Notes: generated by a model not told the origin, from the letters alone. A stretch of 61,578 nucleotides of DNA, filler included, from Squatina squatina (GCA_031763465.1; 4 parts of 4 records of this genome joined end to end with filler, not necessarily neighbours in it); one strand, 5' to 3'; counted from the whole stretch's first letter, positions 1 to 15,277 are shown. Program-made: numbers and translations.

Positions 1-166
1 GTGAAAATCCGAGCATCCCACCCACTCGCCCCATCAAACACCACCTGCCCCACCTGTGGCAGAGTTTGCGGATCCAGCATAGGACTATTTAGTCACCTCA
101 GAACCCACAACTTTGGAGTGGAAACAAGTCATCCTCGACTTCGAAGGACTGCCTAAAAGAAGAAGA
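1..166 (+). mobile_element. 3' end of RTE-clade non-LTR retrotransposon
   Basis: Frame reads TCPTCGRVCGSSIGLFSHLRTH...RRTA* (C2H2-type C-terminal motif), followed by a short (AAG)n tail. Confidence 0.7.
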
Positions 167-1325
167 GCATGTGTGGTGCTTGGACCACCTACAAGAGTGA
201 CCTGCACCACTGCATCTAAGGCAAGCCCAACATTTTTAAGTATAATACTAAGTATAGTTGCAGTGATATTTGATAATGTAAGAATGATACAAATTTGTTG
301 ATTTTTTTCTGGTTTTATATATTTGTAAATCTTCATTATGAAAAAAGAGATGAACAGAAAAGGTTCACCATATTATATACAGAGATTTATGTGTTACTTA
401 TTTATCTATCTATCTGAAGTCGAGTATGGGAACTGCTGTTTATTTTCCAGCCACTAATAAAAAAAATTATTTCACTCGTTGGAGAAATCTCTTATAAACT
501 TCTATCCAAATCCTTTCCCTACAGAATTGGACCCTTCCCCCACTTCTACTTCCCAGCATCTGCCATGAAAGATGGCAGTGCTGAAATAATTCTCTTCTCC
601 CATAAAAACCCAGAAAAATGCAGACGTTTCTGCTTTGAAAGTACTTTTTTCCTTTACATTATCCAGGCTATTATGCCATTTCTAAAGCTAATGTTGTAGA
701 GAATGTTTATCTATGAACTACATTGAAAAAAGTATTTAGAAAGGTAATCATGTAAAAAAAATGAATCATTGTGCAAATGGTTTTATTATCATTTTACTGT
801 AGCAGTTACTATTATGCTATTGAAATCTTTCAGCAAGTTGTGTGCAATGCTCTATAGCGTCTTCAAGTCTACAATGAATGCTAAAGCAGAAGGCTTGCAG
901 TTAATCAAAGGCTTGTCCTTGAATCGCAAGCCTCAATATTAACCCCCTCACGACAGGCGGGAGGAAATCGGGGGGAGTTAAACCCTAAAAAACACAAAAT
1001 GGGAAACATGACTCTAGCCCACCGAGTGTGTGCCCGGTGCCATTTTCACGGCGGTGGATAGCGTGGCATACGAATGTTCCGTCTTGGAGAGGCGGGACAC
1101 TTCAGTAACACATTTAACTCAGGCTCCCACAGNNNNNNNNNNNNNNNNNNNNNNNNNNNNNNNNNNNNNNNNNNNNNNNNNNNNNNNNNNNNNNNNNNNN
1201 NNNNNNNNNNNNNNNNNNNNNNNNNNNNNNNNTCAGTGTAAAAAAATGCAGATGTTAACTGTACAGTTGTTTTAAAAGCAGTGTAAAAGGTCATTGGATG
1301 AACATAAGCTTCGCTCTGTAGCCTC

Positions 1326-2069
<744 letters not shown>

Positions 2070-2961
2070 TCATTTAAATAAAAAAAATAAGCAGTTTCTT
2101 ATTTTGTTTTTGCAAATTATGCAACCACTTTGTAACATTTCTGTATCAATCCCTCTCAATGATTGAAAGTTGGTAAACATCTGTGCGTTCAGATGGTGCT
2201 GTAGTTGTAGTCATATCAAGCTTTCTTTTTGTAGATTATGATCTCTAGGTCAAATTACTGGGTTCTATGATCAAAGCTAATTATTATTTTCTTATTTCTT
2301 TAGATAATCATAGAATCATAGAAATCTACAGCACAGAAGGAGGCAATTTGACCTATTGTGTCAGCGCCAGACGACAAAGTGCTATCTTGCCTAATCCAAT
2401 TTTCCAGCTCTTAGTCAGTAGCCTTGTAGGTTACGGCACTTCAAGTNNNNNNNNNNNNNNNNNNNNNNNNNNNNNNNNNNNNNNNNNNNNNNNNNNNNNN
2501 NNNNNNNNNNNNNNNNNNNNNNNNNNNNNNNNNNNNNNNNNNNNNNAAATGTGCATTCTTCATGTGAGTCTACACAGCATTTTGCTCGGCTGCATAACTT
2601 TGTGGGGGGTAACACGCCCAGATTTGGTCCAATTTTCACAGCTGTATTTCCCAGCAGGAGCCATTAAGTAGCAATCGGGAGTCAAAATTATAATTTTATG
2701 TAGGCAAAGGTATCAACAAAATGCTTTTCTGAGTCTTAGCTGCTTGCTGTCTCCTAGCTCATGCTTTTGCCTATCAGTCTATTTTAACTGCTGACCTGCC
2801 CAATGGTGTCGTTGCAGTTTTAGATTTTTACGCCTTATTTGGTGCATTCTCCAGTGTTTCGGAGTAGAATTTATGTTTATTGCTATATGAAGTGTACACT
2901 ACACAATGATGTGAAAAACATACGACACAATGAAAACACACAAAACAGACTCTCCTGACAC

Positions 2962-3740
2962 CCAGGCGGCAAAATTCCTCCTATTTTCTCACACTGTTAG
3001 CACCTCCAAGGGACGCTAATGGGGCATAGATCAAAAAAATGGCAGCGGGAGGCGGCCATCTCACCTCCCAGGAAATTCCCCAGCGGGAAGGCCTTTGCAC
3101 ATCACCCATAGCATTTTGCGGCAGATCGACGCGCAACAACATTAAATCGCGCGCGACCCTTTTGCTCCGTGCCACGACCCCACTTCGCCCCCGTGTGCGC
3201 CCGCCGCTGCTCCCGGTAGCTGTCGCTGCCTGCTTCCCTTAAAGAGGGGGGCTGGAGCGCCAGTGGCCGCCATCTTTAATTGTCGGCCGACTCTGTGGTC
3301 AGCCGACTGATGGCGGGCTGCGCCGCGACCGGGCCGTCATTCCCTTGCCCGGCAAGCCTACTGGCGAGCTGGGCTGGTAGCTCAGCCAACGGTCTCCCTG
3401 GTAGCCCAGTGGCGGGCCACGGGAACCGCTGCAGGAGCCAACGGCCCTCTCCTTTAAGGGAAGGGGATGGGGCTACAGATGACATCAGCGCTGCCGTGGT
3501 GCGCTGGCCTCAGCAGCGTCGCACTGACGTCATCAGCACCGCTTTTTCGATGCACCCAGTCCCATGCCAGCTGAGCACTGGCACAGCGCCCCAGGAGCGA
3601 GGTGGACAGCACTCCTCGCTCCCACCGTGGTACGGAGTATACCGTGGCCGGGGCGCAGCTTCGGGAGCCAGCGCAAAAAATGCCGGATCCCAAGCTTCAC
3701 TGTGCCGGAATGGGGCGCCAGAGAATTTTGCACCCCCCCC
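2962..3740. mobile_element. CpG-rich non-autonomous DNA transposon (MITE-like)
   Basis: Ends GCAAAATTC (~2969) and GAATTTTGC (~3723) are inverted; internal inverted CCCTTAAAG/CTTTAAGGG; homologous inverted copy at 53989-54455. Confidence 0.6.
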
Positions 3741-3769
3741 AGTGTATTGTTAAGCCATAGAGAACGAGA

Positions 3770-4215
3770 AGGCTGACAGTCAGTTTCCCAGTCACCGGAG
3801 ACCAGCCAGCCACAAGCAGAAAGCAGAAGCCAGAAGCCAGTCAGTAATAAGTAGCTGCTTGCCACCTGTCCATACACAGCAACCATCTACACGAAGCCAC
3901 TCGTCCTCCATCACCACCAGCCAGTTAAAGCACATCCATCCAGCCAACCAGCAATCAGCCACTAGAATGTGCCCTCTATAACCAACAGCCAGTTATTAGA
4001 AGCCATCCAACTACCATCAGTAACCAGCCAAACTATAGCCAGTCAGCCATCCACCACCAGTAGCCAGTCTTCAACCAGCCACCAACAACCAGCTATTAGT
4101 TCTGAACATGCCACTGCCAGCTCGTCCAAAACCATTCACGAGCAGACAGTTTGCAGCCAACAGCTAGCTGCCAGTTATAGGCAAACTGCCAGCAGTCAGC
4201 CATCCAGCAGCCAGG
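3770..4215 (+). repeat. Degenerate CCAG/CAGC-rich low-complexity tract
   Basis: Many ACCAGCCAGC/CAGCCA motifs. Confidence 0.6.
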
Positions 4216-4536
4216 CCTAAGGCAGTTCCAATCACGCCAGTTTCCTCCAGGGTGGGCTAGGTTAAAGTTACCCCCAGTGAATCAGTAAAAATGAAGCACA
4301 AGCAGAGATGGCGGGGATGAATAAATAATTGAGAGACTAGTAAACGAGCAGACATAAAATGACACACAGATGCAATTTTTGTCTTTAAATGTTGTCTGTG
4401 AACAAGGTTCTGGAGATGAATTGGGAAGAATTAGAAACTTTCCTACATTTAAATAGTCCTTGCATATTTTGGAAATTATTAATTTCAAATGAGTGACCTC
4501 ATGTTTTTCTGTTCTTCAGTAAAGGAAGAGATATTA

Positions 4537-4656
<120 letters not shown>

Positions 4657-6529
4657 CTATGAAGGAATTACAGTGAGGAATTCTAGAAAAATCTGTTATA
4701 AGATACACCAACATACTGGGATCTTTTCATCTGCAAACTCATTCTACCTCAGGAAAGAATGCAGATACATTAAACAGAGTTCAGGGAGAGTTACCAGGCT
4801 ATAGGGAACTAAGTTAGGAAGAAAGGCTAAATTTATTTTTGCTGAGGAAATGAAAATTGAGGGGCATGATACAGATCTTTAAAATAATAAAAGGCCTAAA
4901 TAAGGTTGGAAGTAAATAAACGATTTAACTTGGAGAATATGCACAAGACTACAGGATACAAAGACAAAGGTCACAAGCATCAAGCAAGGTTTGATATGGA
5001 AAGATTTCTTTCCCCCACAAAGGATAGTAAGCGTGTGGAGGGGCTGATTTTAACCCTACCTACCAGGCAGAAACCAGGCGGTTGGACAATTATGCCCTGG
5101 GTAACTTACCCACTAATTTCCCACCTGTTTTGCGCCAATCCTATTTTTAACCTGCTCCTTAAAGCAGGTGGCCAAGCACCCACCTGAAGCCAGTAGGGTT
5201 CTTCTTTAATTATACAGATTGGGATCTGATGACAACACCAGGCCCCAGCTGCAATTTTAACTCGGGCCTGATCAGGGAAGCCACTATGGTTTTCCCGTCA
5301 GATGAAGTCAGCGTGAAGAGGTTCCAGGACCAGAAGAGGCCACTTAAGTTAACGTAAGTTTCTTTACTTTTCTAGTGGGGCTGGGAGGGGCAGGAGTGCT
5401 CCTTGGGGCCTACAAGGAAAGTTTAAGCCTCTCCTTCCCTGGACTTGCCCCTCCTTTCCTCCCGCAAGGCCCTCACAAAACCTTCTCAACGCGACTTCCC
5501 TTCTGACCAGGGAGCCTTCCGTTGGGGCTGGAGCTGGAGCTGGCCGGCAGCCTCTTGCGTCAGCCAGCCTTCTGCCACCCGAACATCTGCTCCCACTCAC
5601 CAGCCAGCTGTTGTTTTCTGCCTGTTTCAGGTGAGCATCATGAAGACAAAACCACCCGAGCCGAATGCTGCCAACATTGGGCATATTTGGAGAATTGAAG
5701 GTTGTGGCGTAAATGCCGACCTACAAATTTGGAAAAGCTGAAAAAACACTTCAAAAAAGCTGACAACAGTAAACAATGCATAACTGGAAACTACCCTTGA
5801 ACCAAGACCGCTACTTAAAGCAACTGAATAACTTAAATTCCTTTTTATTACAGTGCATTTCAGTATTTTTTTGTGCTTTGGAATCCTATTATGCAATTCA
5901 GTTTGTTTTTCTGTGAAAACTGAAATGCAATAGCCTCACATATGACATTTTGAAATGTTGATTATTGTCATGTTTTGCTGTTTTTTCAGTGTACTGAGAT
6001 TTAGCAATTGAAGCCAAAAATAATTTATTATGGAATGGTTTATATATGTAAATTGTTGCAAGTCAAAATTTACTCTATTTTTGCAACATCAGATGATAAA
6101 ACTCAGTGAATATAGTACAGAAATCCCTTTAAGGACAGTCTGTTTGGCCGCATGTGAACCGAATTTCTAGGCCATTGTATTTCGCTGCATTCTTCATAAC
6201 ATCACTATGCAGAGAGTATTATGCAGAGGAGGGAAGGTCCTTGATTCCTTTTTCAGGAGGAGAGTAAGGGCACCCAATTCGGCTCTTTTGCATTTCTAGC
6301 GCTAAGCGCCGAATTTCACGCTGGAATGTGGCCTCTTTGAAAATTAGCATTGAACCCTCCAATTANNNNNNNNNNNNNNNNNNNNNNNNNNNNNNNNNNN
6401 NNNNNNNNNNNNNNNNNNNNNNNNNNNNNNNNNNNNNNNNNNNNNNNNNNNNNNNNNNNNNNNNNAGGAACGTGCAACAGACTAGAAATAATTAGATAAG
6501 ACGAGTTTATGAGTACAACTGCACCCCAG

Positions 6530-6790
6530 ACCCTGATTCCGTAGGTAAGTCATTAGCTGATCTCATCAACGATGGCAGTCAGGGCCTAACAACTGGCTGT
6601 TATGTCTGCAGGCTTCTGAGGAGAAACATTGCCAGGTTTACCTATCCTGCTGGAAACTGGTATATGTGGATGTTATCTGAGGGCAAGTTAAAGTCTGACT
6701 GTGGTGCCTGCTGTGGTAAAATAACCCACTGCTACTATCCAGGTTCACACATGCAGAATGACCATTTGACCAAGGTACTGAAAAGGCACC
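6530..6790 (+). mobile_element. Old SINE fragment (AmnSINE2-like; family name tentative)
   Basis: Shares motifs (ttagctgatctca, cacacatgcagaatgaccatttg..aggtactg) with a second copy at 18880-19190. Confidence 0.45.
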
Positions 6791-7755
6791 TCTGCTTATT
6801 AAATTAAATTTGCCACTTTCAGGAGAGGATAGAGAAGGCGGTAAATTTAAAAATAAATTAAGTTTCTTTGCTTAAAATGAAATGTTGCTTATGAAACAAT
6901 GTAGTAGTCATAGATTTTGTTAACATCCCTTTTCTTTCTATTCTAACAGTAAGACAAAAATAGATTTTTCTTATTTTGTAAAGGTTAGAGCATTTCTTTA
7001 TTCAACTGGCTTCTTCCTAATATTTAGGATGATGCTCTCAAAGGATACAGCCTGTCTCAGAGGTAGTGAGAATACTAGACTTGGAGGCACAATACGGAGA
7101 AGGACCTGTTATTATAAGTAATAAATTGTGCTACAAACAGTGGACAAGCACATGATCACTACAACAGAACAATGNNNNNNNNNNNNNNNNNNNNNNNNNN
7201 NNNNNNNNNNNNNNNNNNNNNNNNNNNNNNNNNNNNNNNNNNNNNNNNNNNNNNNNNNNNNNNNNNNNNNNNNNCTGTATTAACCATTATTGCATTGTTA
7301 AAAAGGTACTTACACTGTTAATTACCAGACTTAATTTTCTGTGGTGAGTTTAATGGACAATTAATGTGGAAACCCATCAAGTTCTTAAAAATAACAGCGA
7401 AGCTAAGGGCGAGATGCCTGTTGTGCGAAGCAAATGACCAGCAAGTTCTGGAGATTCACAACTGATGGTGCATCTCTTAATCCCCTGAATTTGCTGGTCC
7501 ATTTGCAAATTAATATAATTAACGCGCGTCGTTAATATTTTATTATTTTACCAGCAAGATACGGCCCAATCTGCCCAATTCTCTTGCTCTTTACAATGTA
7601 CTTCTTCAATGCAAGGGATATAAGAAGCAAAAACACCAGAAGTGTCAAGCTGCTATCGCAGCTAATTCAGAGATTAATAAAACCTAGTTTGTGCATGGAA
7701 ATTCATCAGATTACATGTATTTGGAGTCTGTGACTGTCAGGTATGACATTTACTA

Positions 7756-7992
<237 letters not shown>

Positions 7993-8193
7993 TTACAGAA
8001 GTGGTAAGTGTGTGAGGGTGAAATGAAGCTATGGTTGTGAGGTATAGAAATTGATGGTAGGTGAATGATGGGGACGCAGNNNNNNNNNNNNNNNNNNNNN
8101 NNNNNNNNNNNNNNNNNNNNNNNNNNNNNNNNNNNNNNNNNNNNNNNNNNNNNNNNNNNNNNNNNNNNNNNNNNNNNNNCGTCATTTGAGTGT

Positions 8194-8477
8194 CAGCCAT
8201 GTCTCAATTGGTATCACCTTGTCTCTGAGTCACACAATTGTGGGTTCCAATCCCACTCCAAGGACTTGAGCACCAAAGAATCTAGACTAACCCTCCCAGT
8301 GCAGTGCTGAGTGAATGCTACACTGCTGGAGGTGCCATCTTTTGGACGGGAGGCTAAACCAAGGCCCCATCTGCTCTCTCAGGTGGATGTTAAAAATCCC
8401 ACTGCACTAATTTGAGCAAGAGCAGGGGATTAATCCCCTGGGTCATGGCCAATGTTTATCCCTCAATCAACATCAAA
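8194..8477 (+). mobile_element. tRNA-derived Deu-domain SINE (SacSINE1-like), 5' two-thirds
   Basis: A/B-box-like head and the ctctctcaggtggatgttaaaaatccc core; colinear with the copy at 53555-53988. Confidence 0.7.
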
Positions 8478-8670
8478 AGGGCTGTGGATGCTCAGTCAGT
8501 GAGTATATTCAAGGCTGAGATCGATAGATTTTTGGAATCAAGGGATGTGGAGATCGGGCAGGAAAGTGGAGTTGAGGTTGAAGATCAGCCGTGATCTTAT
8601 TGAATGGTGGAGCAGGCTTGAGGGGCCGTATGACCTACTCCTGCTCCTAATACTTACGTTCTTATGATTG
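8478..8670 (+). mobile_element. CR1 LINE 3' end
   Basis: RAVDAQSVSIFKAEIDRFL plus the 3' tail gaatgg..gagcagg...cctactcctgctcct. Confidence 0.75.
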
Positions 8671-9340
8671 TTCATTTTCATTCAGAACTACCAATCACAT
8701 CTCGAAGGTGTCTGAATTGTAGTCTAATGCATAACTGTTTTGTCTCTTTTTGGTGGATGTTAGTGTTGAGGTAATTTAAATCATGGCATACTGCTTCTTT
8801 AACCTTTAAGCACTGAGGCAGTTTGGGAATGAATAATCCCACCAGTCTAGATGCTGATGAAAATCCACCGTACGAGTTTATAATGGTTACAAAAATAGTA
8901 CTCCAACACTGTGCCACAATACCTACTTAGGGGAAGCGAGGGTAGAACAACTGGGACTTAATTACATGCCTCTGATCCTATTATTGTACCTTTATATGTA
9001 CATGTAGACACAGAGAAAAATAAATGAGCTTTAGTCCTAAAACCCTTGTATAGCTACAGGGCAAATAAATTAATATTCCTTAAAGTCTTGCAATTATTTA
9101 AAAACAATTGGTTGCTTTAATACACTGACTGAAGAAAGTGCATTCAAGGCAAATTTGCGCTAATTAAGAGAAGAATGATAACATTAGAGAATGGAACATT
9201 AGACAGAACTTTCAGCTTTGTCAAGGGCATAAAGCAGGCGGCAGCAAATCGGCCGCCCATTATACACCCCACACGATAATCTTACCTTTTGATGATAGTG
9301 TAAAACAGATTACATTGAATTGGCCGTCCGTTATATATCA

Positions 9341-9676
<336 letters not shown>

Positions 9677-11563
9677 TCAAACATTTTTAACAACCTCAAA
9701 CTAGTTAACAAAAAATGCCATCAAAAGATCTACATTTAAACCTAGCCAGGCCAACAATCTGTTACTTAATTTTCCCGGACTGAAGGAATGGGAGGCTGAG
9801 AAGTATTCATTTAAGCAAATGAATGTTGAGGAAACACTTCTCCTCAGTCCTCATTTCACTTCATGAGACACTCATGGACAGCTGCAAGCTCAGTGAGCGA
9901 TATTCTTTTTCTTCAGTGAGTTGCATACTTAACTGCTTAAGTGGCAAACTTTCCATCCCTGCGATTCTACTATCATAGCAGAATCAATCCATGCTATGAT
10001 TAATTCCTTCAGAAAAGCCATAAGTTTTTGATAAGGAATGGAACTGAAATTTATAGGAACGAGTGCAGCCTGAGATGATTAACGCTCCACAGGTCACGAT
10101 TGGGGCTGGAGATGATGTGGCTCATCATCTGTGAAGGGCAGTGGGTCAGCTTTGAAAAGTGGAGATTCACAGGTATTCTGGAAGATGAGTTTGATTACCC
10201 AGAGGATCAGTGAGTAAGTATATAAAACTTTACCTCAGGATTTTAAATGGCTGGGGGTATAGCCCTGGATAGGTTTATGGAATGGGTTGGTTTGAAGGAT
10301 CAAATGGCCTTTTCTTATTCAATTTTGAAAAATGTTTTTATGGCTTCAGTGGAACTAATTTTTTCAAATGTACATTTATATGTTTACTCCAGACGTAGCA
10401 TCTTTGCTCTGTTTCAGGTATTTTGATTTTGCTCCTTTCTTAATTCCTGCTGTAATCAAAATTGTAAATCAAGTCCCTGTAATCCTCTGATCTTCCACAG
10501 GGCTCACTTCATTTGGCTAGTATAACAATACAATAATTGATTGAAGATGTCTGGCATGGATAGATGAAAGACCAATTTCAATCCAACAGTAATTCTATAA
10601 CTGTGATGGTGCTTTCTGTAAATAAAGGACAAAGTTCACAAAGCATTGTGCCTGCTGTTGCTTACAATGTCTCCCTCAGTCACTCTTCTCAGTTTAATCC
10701 AAACGCTTCTTGTGCCAATCAACAAAAACTGCCTCTGTCACAAAATATGGAGTGTGTCTATCATAACACATGGAATGGATTTATACATTGACATAACAAT
10801 ACTCAGGAGACCTAATGAGGACAGCGAGAGAACATAAATACCCAGAGTGGTCAAGATGCAGAAATTCCTTTCAGTAAGATTATAGAGAAAGGATCAGGAC
10901 CTTAATGAGCTCCATCATACCCTAATACCTTTAGATCTTCCTCCCTAGCCAACAGAAGTTTGAGATATTTGCTAATAACAATATAAACGGGTCGAGGAGA
11001 GCCATGAGTAACACACTTAGAAGGCATTGCATTTGGCATACTGTGTTTTTTTTTTAAAAACAACGGTTCACAGAATCAATTCGTGGGGGTGGAGCCATTC
11101 AATGTGCAACTGAGCACTGTGGGAAAAGTCACCTCATGAAAACCAGCAGAACATGGGATGATGTTAGTGGAGTTCTGTGAGAGTGGCTTAAGAAAAAGTA
11201 GAGCCTGGGAAGGCTCAAGGAATTGCAGTGTAAAAAGACAAGGATCGCAGGAAAAAATATAAAAAGGAGCAGCTGCAAAGAAGAATGGGCAAGAAAGTGC
11301 TCAGGAATTAATGAAGAAAAGAAGCGCAGCAGGAAATGTGGGAAAAAAAGCTGAGTGCAGGAAAGTGGGAATCTGACAGAGAAGGCTGAGTTGAAAAGAT
11401 GAAGCATTAGTTGGCACAGTAAAGCTATTTAGAGTTATAGTGAGGGGAGCAGGGCATAAAAAGNNNNNNNNNNNNNNNNNNNNNNNNNNNNNNNNNNNNN
11501 NNNNNNNNNNNNNNNNNNNNNNNNNNNNNNNNNNNNNNNNNNNNNNNNNNNNNNNNNNNNNNN

Positions 11564-11685
11564 TGGGGAGAAGGCGGGAAGGTGGACTTGAGAAATGTCG
11601 GATCAGCCATGATCCAATTGAATGGCGGAGCGGGCTTGACGGGCCAAATGGCCTACTCCTGCTCCTACTTCTTATGGTCTTATGG
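11564..11685 (+). mobile_element. CR1 LINE 3' tail
   Basis: gatcagccatgatc...aatggcctactcctgctcct...cttatggtcttatg. Confidence 0.7.
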
Positions 11686-13001
11686 TCAAGCTGAAGGATA
11701 GTAAGTGCCGGGCATGGAACTCTTTTACATTTTTATTTCCGCTAGTGTCAGAATCAAACACTAACCTGGTTAATTATAGCTGGTGCAGGGAGAAGCTCTC
11801 TGTACTTTGCTCTAAAAATGTGCTTTGAAGTGTACCCTTATTGTAACAGCCATCCTTATGACCTTTCTAATGGAAACTAACCAACTTAATCATGCATATT
11901 AATATCAAACGCTGGGCAATTTTGTTCTGTGGAGCCACTCTTAAATTGAAACTTCCCCAAACTCAGTTCATGTGACCTGGACAGAAAGCAGAGATTTGCA
12001 TCTCATCAATTTGTGGTGAATGGGATCACAGGCTTCATGGGTGAAAGACAATTTGCTACCTCATTAAATCATCCATTCCCCTGGAATGTTTCATTTGTTG
12101 GACTGGTGCTGAATCTGAAAAAAGGTTTTACTTCAAGACTTCTCTGTATGCTGCCAGTGAGCTCAGCTAAACATTGCTACCCATTAAAATGAAGAACAGT
12201 CTTAATATGGTTTAATTGCACGGAAGTCTGCAGCATTTATTTAGATATTTAGCCCACCATCAGATTACAACAGCTAGGTGAAGCTGACGTGCTTTTTCAT
12301 TGAAGTGAACACGTAGTAACTCGGATAAAATGTCTGCAATCAGTCTGAGGCTCAGCTTGGATCAACTTAGCTTGCATTTCACATATTCTTTCCTCAAAGG
12401 ACTTTTATGTTGCAGGAGATTAATAAGAAATTCTGTTTATTAAAAAGAAAAAAAGCCAATTTTAAATAGGAGGATTAATATTCAGGTAAATAGCACCAGA
12501 GACGAGTGTTCGATGATATGACAGAGATGTTTAAATTAGAATTATATAATGAAGCTGAATTATATAACATCTTAATTCAAATTTAAAAAAAAGATAATTG
12601 TCTGTTTGACAACATGTTTCAACCCATGAAGTAGAGCAGTGAAGATATGAAACAGAACTGAGCAACATTGGCAATTGTGGATGCCGAAGAAAGTGGTTTG
12701 GTCGACAATTTCTTGAAAATACAGAAATTAAATCATCGATATTTTGAAGATAATTTAAAACATATAAAATTAAATATCAGTATTGTTCAGTGTTGCATCT
12801 TTTCTTAAGTCATACATTTTTGGGTTTTCTCATGGCCACAGCCTTTGTGACTAAGACAATGGACAGAGAACTTATCCCAAGGTCAGTACGGCCCACAGAT
12901 TGAGCTGAAGTTAGAACGTGGGGACCCATAAGGAGATCCTGCATCCTGCCAGTCCCACAGCTAGCCGGTCAATACATATTTCCACAGGATGAACTGACAT
13001 C

Positions 13002-13101
13002 NNNNNNNNNNNNNNNNNNNNNNNNNNNNNNNNNNNNNNNNNNNNTTAATTAATTAANNNNNNNNNNNNNNNNNNNNNNNNNNNNNNNNNNNNNNNNNNN
13101 N
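13002..13101. other. Artificial scaffold linker 44N-TTAATTAATTAA-44N
   Basis: 12-mer at 13046-13057 has stops in all six frames; identical linkers at 31147 and 45519. Confidence 0.97.
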
Positions 13102-13296
13102 TCCACGTCAATACATTACCCCCAATACCATGTGCTTTAAGTTTGCGCACTAATCTCTTGTGTGGGACCTTGTAGGAGCAAGAAGTTGTTTTGTGTGGCA
13201 CAGTCACCTTCTGTGGTCAGTTTATGAACAGCACAACTTTAAAAATATCTTAGCAAATAAAGAACGCGGATTAACTGCCTCATATCTTGTTCCCAG

Positions 13297-13481
13297 GCTC
13301 AACTGCGTTCCCTTATAACCCGCTGACGATGCGCATGATGAGCGTAGCGCCAACATCCATTGCCTGTGCACCGCCAACCATGGGCCAAGCCAGCTCACAT
13401 CCACCAGCCAGGACGTGGGAGCGCGAGCCAGCTCCCTTACTCTCCTCCCAGTACGAGACACTATCGGACAGCGATGACTGA
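13297..13481 (+). CDS. NCOR1: Nuclear receptor corepressor 1, last coding exon
   Basis: Acceptor ttgttcccag; STAFPYNPLTMRMM...WEREPAPLLSSQYETLSDSDD* is the NCOR1 C-terminus. Confidence 0.93.
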
Positions 13482-15000
13482 ATGCAGTGCCCTGGCTGGG
13501 ATTTTTGTAGTTGTATCAGCAGACCACAGACAAGAGACTCTCCTCGAGAGCCCGGGTCACCGAATGAAGTAAAGGAGGGTTTGTTCACACAGGCAAATGC
13601 AAAGCAGTGTTCAGTCCTCAGATGAGCAGATACCGGTTGGAGAAGCAATGGCGATCACAGAGGCTCCTGTAGAGTTCACAATGAAAGACATTTTCTGCTC
13701 TCCATTTATTTGTTTAAAAAAAAAACAAAAAAACTGTGTTTAAATCATTCTCGTGTAATATAGAGTACTTTCCCATTGTATCATGCTACCAATCTTACAT
13801 TTTAAAAGATGCGGAAATGGTGAATTAACTGCTGCAAATGCAGGATTTCCCACCAGAGGTGAGCCCAAGGGACTGGTGTTCCATATTCGTTGTAAATTAA
13901 GTTGCATTTTGTCTTTATTTAGCAGCACTGCTAAGATATTAATGCATGGATATATTATGATTCATTGTAAAACAAAAGAATTGAAGGGAGTGTGTAACCT
14001 GGTGTCTGGGGGCTCAGGAAAGGTCTGGCACTGTTGTTGTGCACAAGACTCACCCACACGCAACATCTTTTACCTCCAGCTCGTGCTGTTCCCTCAATTA
14101 TTACAATCACCTCTCCCCCCAAAACAAAATACTGTTTTAAAGCCTGAGAAATGTAAGCAGGTCTTAATGATGCTTCCAAAGTTAACCATTTGCTTCTGTT
14201 GCAGGAAGCAGGGTGGTGGGGGAGAAGGGCTGTCAAGTTCCTGGTGCGGTTTTAATGGTTGGAATGAAGGTGGATATTCAACGTAAGAGGAAAATGACAA
14301 GTTCTCAGTCGCTGGTGTGCTGCTGACCTGGCGGTCCATAGGAGTCTCTGGTCTGTGGATTCCGATTGCCAATGCTCACAGCTCCAGCGGAGTTTCCCGT
14401 TGGTGGGCGTGCGACATTGTGGGTTTTTTTTAAAAACACGCGATTGTCAATGAGGTCACAGATGGTAAAGTAAAATCTGAATTGTGAAGGATCCCAGACT
14501 TTGCATAACCAGTTCCAAACATTACTGAGATCGTTCCCCTGCCCTGCCCCGCCCCAGCAGAGTAAACTCTCTAACTTCAGCTTTAACCCTTTGAGTGCCG
14601 GATGTGTTTTGCAGCTTTTGAAATGCATGTTTTTTTTCTCTCCCAGAAGGATATCCTGTAAATTCTTTTAATGCTGTATGTCACACAGTAGAAACAGCTC
14701 CACAAATGGTTTCTTGGCCTGGATTCACATTATTTTCCTGTGCTCAGGACGACAGCACTCAAAGCACGACACCTGACTTGGGTAGAATTCTTATTTTAAG
14801 GTTGCACAGTGTCTGTTGTAACTGCAGGCTCCCTTCCTGCCCATTGGCCACTCCAGGCTAACCTCTACCTTTTAAAATAGCTCGTCATTCCAAAACTAGA
14901 CCACATTCATGTAAATGTTTATTGAAATGTTGAGTATTTTGTCACAAGTGGGAATTGTGGTGATAATATTGATCACAGCATTCAAAAGCGGCATTGGATA
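13482..15000 (+). other. NCOR1: Probable NCOR1 3' UTR (end uncertain)
   Basis: Repeat-free sequence following the stop codon on the same contig. Confidence 0.5.
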
Positions 15001-15199
15001 ATTAACTAAAAAAAGCAATATAAAAAAACTGAGAGAAAGTGATTGTAAAATCAGTGCTTGAGATGGGCCTAAATTAAGGTTAAATGGCCTTNNNNNNNNN
15101 NNNNNNNNNNNNNNNNNNNNNNNNNNNNNNNNNNNNNNNNNNNNNNNNNNNNNNNNNNNNNNNNNNNNNNNNNNNNNNNNNNNNNNNNNNNAATCTGGC

Positions 15200-15277
15200 T
15201 GGGAGTTGGATTATACCGGGAGTGGAGTGGGATTGTACCGGGCGGAGAGTGGGATTCTACCGGGAGTAGAGTGGATC
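15200..15277 (+). repeat. ~22-bp minisatellite (ACCGGGAGTGGAGTGGGATTGT-like)
   Basis: About three degenerate tandem copies next to a gap. Confidence 0.6.

Noticed and set aside
3969-4220. Ser/Gln/Thr-rich 83-aa ORF
   Set aside because: Low-complexity CCAG tract, antisense within an FSTL4 intron
13046-13057. TTAATTAATTAA palindrome occurring three times
   Set aside because: Always centred between 44-N runs; a synthetic six-frame stop linker
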